This document shows positions 61,221 to 64,000 of a stretch of 64,000 bases of DNA, piece by piece. This stretch comes from Candidatus Wolfebacteria bacterium GW2011_GWB1_47_1 (GTDB lineage Bacteria > Patescibacteriota > Minisyncoccia > UBA6257 > UBA9933), in contig CP011209.1 in NCBI GenBank assembly GCA_001029635.1, positions 618,435-682,434 of the forward strand. The letters run 5' to 3'. Numbering within the stretch: the first letter of the stretch is position 1; the number at the start of each line of letters is the position of its first letter. The position numbers were made by a program, and so were the translations under genes. Below the pieces are notes generated by a model that worked only from the letters and a program-made list of their open reading frames with translations, ran no database searches and was not told where the DNA came from.

Positions 61221-61380
61221 AAAAAGCCCGGATGATCCGGGCATTAGGTTGCGGAGCGATAGATATGATTCATCCATCGCCCCTAGCGTATACAGCCTTC
61301 TTTGCAGTGGTTAACCGCTGCGAGGGCCCATTTTTTGCTTGTCCACATGGGGTGCTACCTCCTTTTTTCGATATGTACAG
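61221..61380 (-). ncRNA. Compact about 160-nt transcription unit (promoter to terminator), either a small RNA or the mRNA of a 21-codon micro-ORF
   Basis: Minus strand TTGACA (61410-61415) -N17- TATAGT (61388-61393). GGAGG lies 9 nt upstream of the ATG at 61348. The ORF MWTSKKWALAAVNHCKEGCIR ends at 61283. Terminator hairpin gcccgga tga tccgggc plus T5 at 61221-61242. Confidence 0.4.
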
Positions 61381-61446
61381 ATTCGAACTATATAACAACC
61401 CTTACACCTTGTCAATATACTTGTTTTGTTCTACACTGTATCCATT

Positions 61447-62415
61447 ATGCTGATCGATGACGTAGTAATCAAAGTAAGTTCCGGACGCGGTGGGCGGGGC
61501 GCAGTTGCCTTCAATAAGAATATGAAGAGTCTTGGGCCTGCGGGCGGAAGCGGTGGTAATGGCGGAAACGTCATTGTTGAGGGTGCTTCGGATTTGGGTC
61601 TTTTAAGCCAATTCCGCTATAAAAAGGATGTTTCTGCGGAAAACGGCGAGCCGGGTAAGCCTCAGTTCAATGATGGCCACACTGGCGTTGATCTCATACT
61701 TAAGGTTCCCGTAGGGACCATTCTTCACAACATGACAACCGGTGCCGATTATGAAATCGTCAAGATTGGCGAGCGCATCACGATCGCCAAGGGAGGCAAG
61801 GGAGGCAAGGGAAATCTGCAATTCAAGTCATCCACCAATACCAGCCCGACTCAATATCAAAACGGAACGCCCGGAGAGGAATTCATGTTTCGGCTCGAAT
61901 TAAAGCTGATCGCGGACGTTGGCATTATTGGATTACCAAGTGCCGGGAAATCCAGTCTTTTAAACGAAATTACCAATGCACAGAGCAAGGTCGGTAACTA
62001 CCCATTCACAACCCTCGAACCGAACTTGGGAGTGTACTATGAGCTGATTTTGGCTGATATTCCAGGACTGATCGAGGGATCTAGTGAAGGAAAGGGATTA
62101 GGTGACCGATTCTTGCGCCACATTGAGCGAACCGAAATATTATTCCATTTAGTTCCCGCTGATTCCACAGACCTTGCCCATGATTATGCAATCATTCGTA
62201 AGGAGCTCGGAGCACACAATCCCGCTCTGCTCGCCAAAAAGGAATACCTCTTTTTAAGCAAGAGTGATACCGTCGCGGAGCCGGAGCTCAACGAGAAACT
62301 TGCGCTTCTCAAAAAACTCAATCCTACTGTTACTCCAATTTCGGTATACAACTGGGAGAGCCTTGACGGCGTAAAACGCATTCTCAATGAAGTAATTAAG
62401 CAGAAAAAGGTTTAG
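61447..62415 (+). CDS. obg: GTPase ObgE/CgtA
   Basis: MLIDDVVIKVSSGRGGRGAVAF..GGSGGNGGNV is the Obg fold. G-domain motifs GLPSAGKSS and DIPGLIEG. Confidence 0.95.
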   Translation: MLIDDVVIKVSSGRGGRGAVAFNKNMKSLGPAGGSGGNGGNVIVEGASDLGLLSQFRYKKDVSAENGEPGKPQFNDGHTGVDLILKVPVGTILHNMTTGADYEIVKIGERITIAKGGKGGKGNLQFKSSTNTSPTQYQNGTPGEEFMFRLELKLIADVGIIGLPSAGKSSLLNEITNAQSKVGNYPFTTLEPNLGVYYELILADIPGLIEGSSEGKGLGDRFLRHIERTEILFHLVPADSTDLAHDYAIIRKELGAHNPALLAKKEYLFLSKSDTVAEPELNEKLALLKKLNPTVTPISVYNWESLDGVKRILNEVIKQKKV

Positions 62416-62427
62416 TATTGCTTCGTA

Positions 62428-62457
62428 CAAAAACCGACCCATTGCGGGTCGGTTTTT
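62428..62457. terminator. Bidirectional hairpin terminator (aaaaaccgaccc attgc gggtcggttttt)
   Basis: Lies between convergent obg (+) and 62461..62904 (-). Confidence 0.75.
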
Positions 62458-62460
62458 GTA

Positions 62461-62904
62461 TTATTTGATAATCGTCTTTTTAATATGCTCCAGTATTTCT
62501 TCCGGATGTCTCTCGCATAGATTTTTTTTGATACGCATGGCTACTATCTTCTTTACCGCTACAGGAAGCAGAGCCTCAACTTCTCCTACGATCGGAGATA
62601 CCAGCACAATCTGTGTCGGCGTCACGCGACCAACAATATCCTTTGCCGCTGTCCTGAATTTTGCCGTGAATTCCTGTTGATACTGCTCTTTTGTTGTCTT
62701 AGAGCTTCCTCCGGTTACGCCCGTTTTGCCTGTCCTCACCGAAAGGCCTTCCTTATCGGAATACCTGATGCGTGGAATGCGGAATGTTTCGATCTTCTCT
62801 ATCACTCCATCTCCGGCAAGATAGAACTCTGCCTCTTGCGTCCCCGTTAGGATCACTAGCGCCCTTTCTTTTTTGAATTGTGGAAATTGTTGTGCGATCT
62901 TCAT
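62461..62904 (-). CDS. Hypothetical protein (147 aa)
   Basis: Clean ORF with a terminator downstream. It vaguely resembles host-attachment / eRF1-like small proteins, but I cannot support this from motifs. Confidence 0.55.
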   Translation of the reverse strand: MKIAQQFPQFKKERALVILTGTQEAEFYLAGDGVIEKIETFRIPRIRYSDKEGLSVRTGKTGVTGGSSKTTKEQYQQEFTAKFRTAAKDIVGRVTPTQIVLVSPIVGEVEALLPVAVKKIVAMRIKKNLCERHPEEILEHIKKTIIK

Positions 62905-62935
62905 ATCATTTATTATATACCATTAAGAATATTTA

Positions 62936-63934
62936 TCACAGATACCCTTCTTTCCGCAGTGTGGATACTACGCCTTCGGTGTCATGTTGTGCCATCAAAT
63001 GTATACGCAGCTCCCGCGCTCCATCGAAGCCGTGCACATATGCCTTGTAGTGTTTCTTCATTACATCAAACCGTTTTGCGTCTCCAAATAACTCCTCGAA
63101 TAATCGAGAATGCTCAACCATAACCCGCATTTTTTCCTGCAATCCGATATTGCGCGCGTCGACCTCTTTTCTTGCTTTGTACGCGTTCTTATCCGCAAAG
63201 AACCACGGATTCCCGAACATTCCCCTACCGACCATAATACCATCGACACCATACTGATTTACCCGTTCCATTGCTTCGGTCATATTTTGCACATCTCCGT
63301 TTCCCAATATAAACGGCCGTTCTTTGCCTGTATAATATGTACGTGTCATTTCAGCACCTCGCGCTATGACGTCCCAATGAGCGGGAACATCAGACATTTC
63401 CTTTTTTGTTCTTCCGTGAATAGTTATCGCAGCAGGCTCCATTTCTAAAATATGAGGCAACCACTCATCTAGTGTTTCCTTTGCATATCCTATGCGTGTC
63501 TTTACCGAAACGGGTATCGTTCCCGCTCCCCGTTTTGTTTCGGATATTATTTTCTTTGCTAGTTGCGGACTTTGAATCAACTTTGCGCCCGCATTCTGTT
63601 TCTGGATGTTCTTATCCGGACATCCCATATTAATATCTATGCCGTCAAATCCAAGTTCCTTAACCAAGAGCGCCGTCTGATAGAAATGTTCCGGTGTCGC
63701 GCCAAATACCTGCGCAACAATCGGCCGCTCGCGATCGTCAAAGCGAAGATCGAGCATTAACGCTTCCCTTCCCGCAGAACATATCCCATCGCATGATACG
63801 AATTCCGTCCACATTATGTCGGGCTTTCCGTATGTTGCGATCATGCGGCGAAATGCCGCATCAGTAACATCTGCCATTGGTGCCAGTGCAAAAATAGGCA
63901 TGTCTAAGTTTTTCCAAAATCCATGTTCGATCAT
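62936..63934 (-). CDS. dus: tRNA-dihydrouridine synthase
   Basis: FALAPMADVTDAAFRRM..., DINMGCP and HGRT motifs. Confidence 0.9.
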   Translation of the reverse strand: MIEHGFWKNLDMPIFALAPMADVTDAAFRRMIATYGKPDIMWTEFVSCDGICSAGREALMLDLRFDDRERPIVAQVFGATPEHFYQTALLVKELGFDGIDINMGCPDKNIQKQNAGAKLIQSPQLAKKIISETKRGAGTIPVSVKTRIGYAKETLDEWLPHILEMEPAAITIHGRTKKEMSDVPAHWDVIARGAEMTRTYYTGKERPFILGNGDVQNMTEAMERVNQYGVDGIMVGRGMFGNPWFFADKNAYKARKEVDARNIGLQEKMRVMVEHSRLFEELFGDAKRFDVMKKHYKAYVHGFDGARELRIHLMAQHDTEGVVSTLRKEGYL

Positions 63935-64000
63935 ATACTTATAGCCCCAGCCCTGCGGGGATTTGCAGCGTCTTCAAAAATGCCGGGATGGCAAATAGTA

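Overview
This is a gene-dense 64-kb window from a small bacterial genome that uses the standard genetic code. Core genes are roughly 40-47% GC by my spot counts on single 60-nt lines. I recognise about 70 protein-coding genes and no rRNA, tRNA, CRISPR array, integrase or transposase.

Layout: nt 1-10,650 carry plus-strand envelope and translation genes (cls fragment, amidohydrolase, ftsW, murG, S9 peptidase, gltX, M23 peptidase). From 15.5 kb to the end almost everything is on the minus strand: rplI, S41 protease, thpR, sod, tgt-queA, P-type ATPase, MFS, dinB, a MacAB/YknXYZ-like exporter with adaptor, SIMPL, an orphan receiver plus two tandem histidine kinases, pyrD, ybaB, cyclophilin, typA, a UvrD-like helicase-nuclease and dus. 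obg is on the plus strand. The two polarity blocks converge at about 10.6-15.5 kb, where unusual non-coding structure and GC-elevated orphan genes also sit; this may be a replication terminus (inference). The gene content (a DUF5652-like anchor, many monocistronic orphan genes) suggests a Patescibacteria/CPR-like organism, again only by inference.

Most interesting observations:
1. A 4.7-kb island (22.5-27.3 kb) of GC-elevated orphan genes, each with its own promoter and terminator, using recycled terminator-promoter modules and bounded by a decayed queA fragment.
2. A two-gene module bracketed by queA-derived direct repeats, encoding an extracytoplasmic double cytochrome-b5 protein and a NOX/ferric-reductase-type flavocytochrome.
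3. A two-peptide transcription unit missing from the ORF track: an acidic 47-aa ORF and a Cys-rich basic 51-aa ORF, in frame across a TAG.
4. A roughly 500-bp gene-free tract of degenerate 55-61-bp tandem repeats and hairpins between convergent terminators.
5. A 166-nt element present twice (6 mismatches) that carries a 45-codon ORF whose SD and AUG are embedded in a conserved hairpin.

All functional calls come from motif recognition by eye; no database search or folding program was available.
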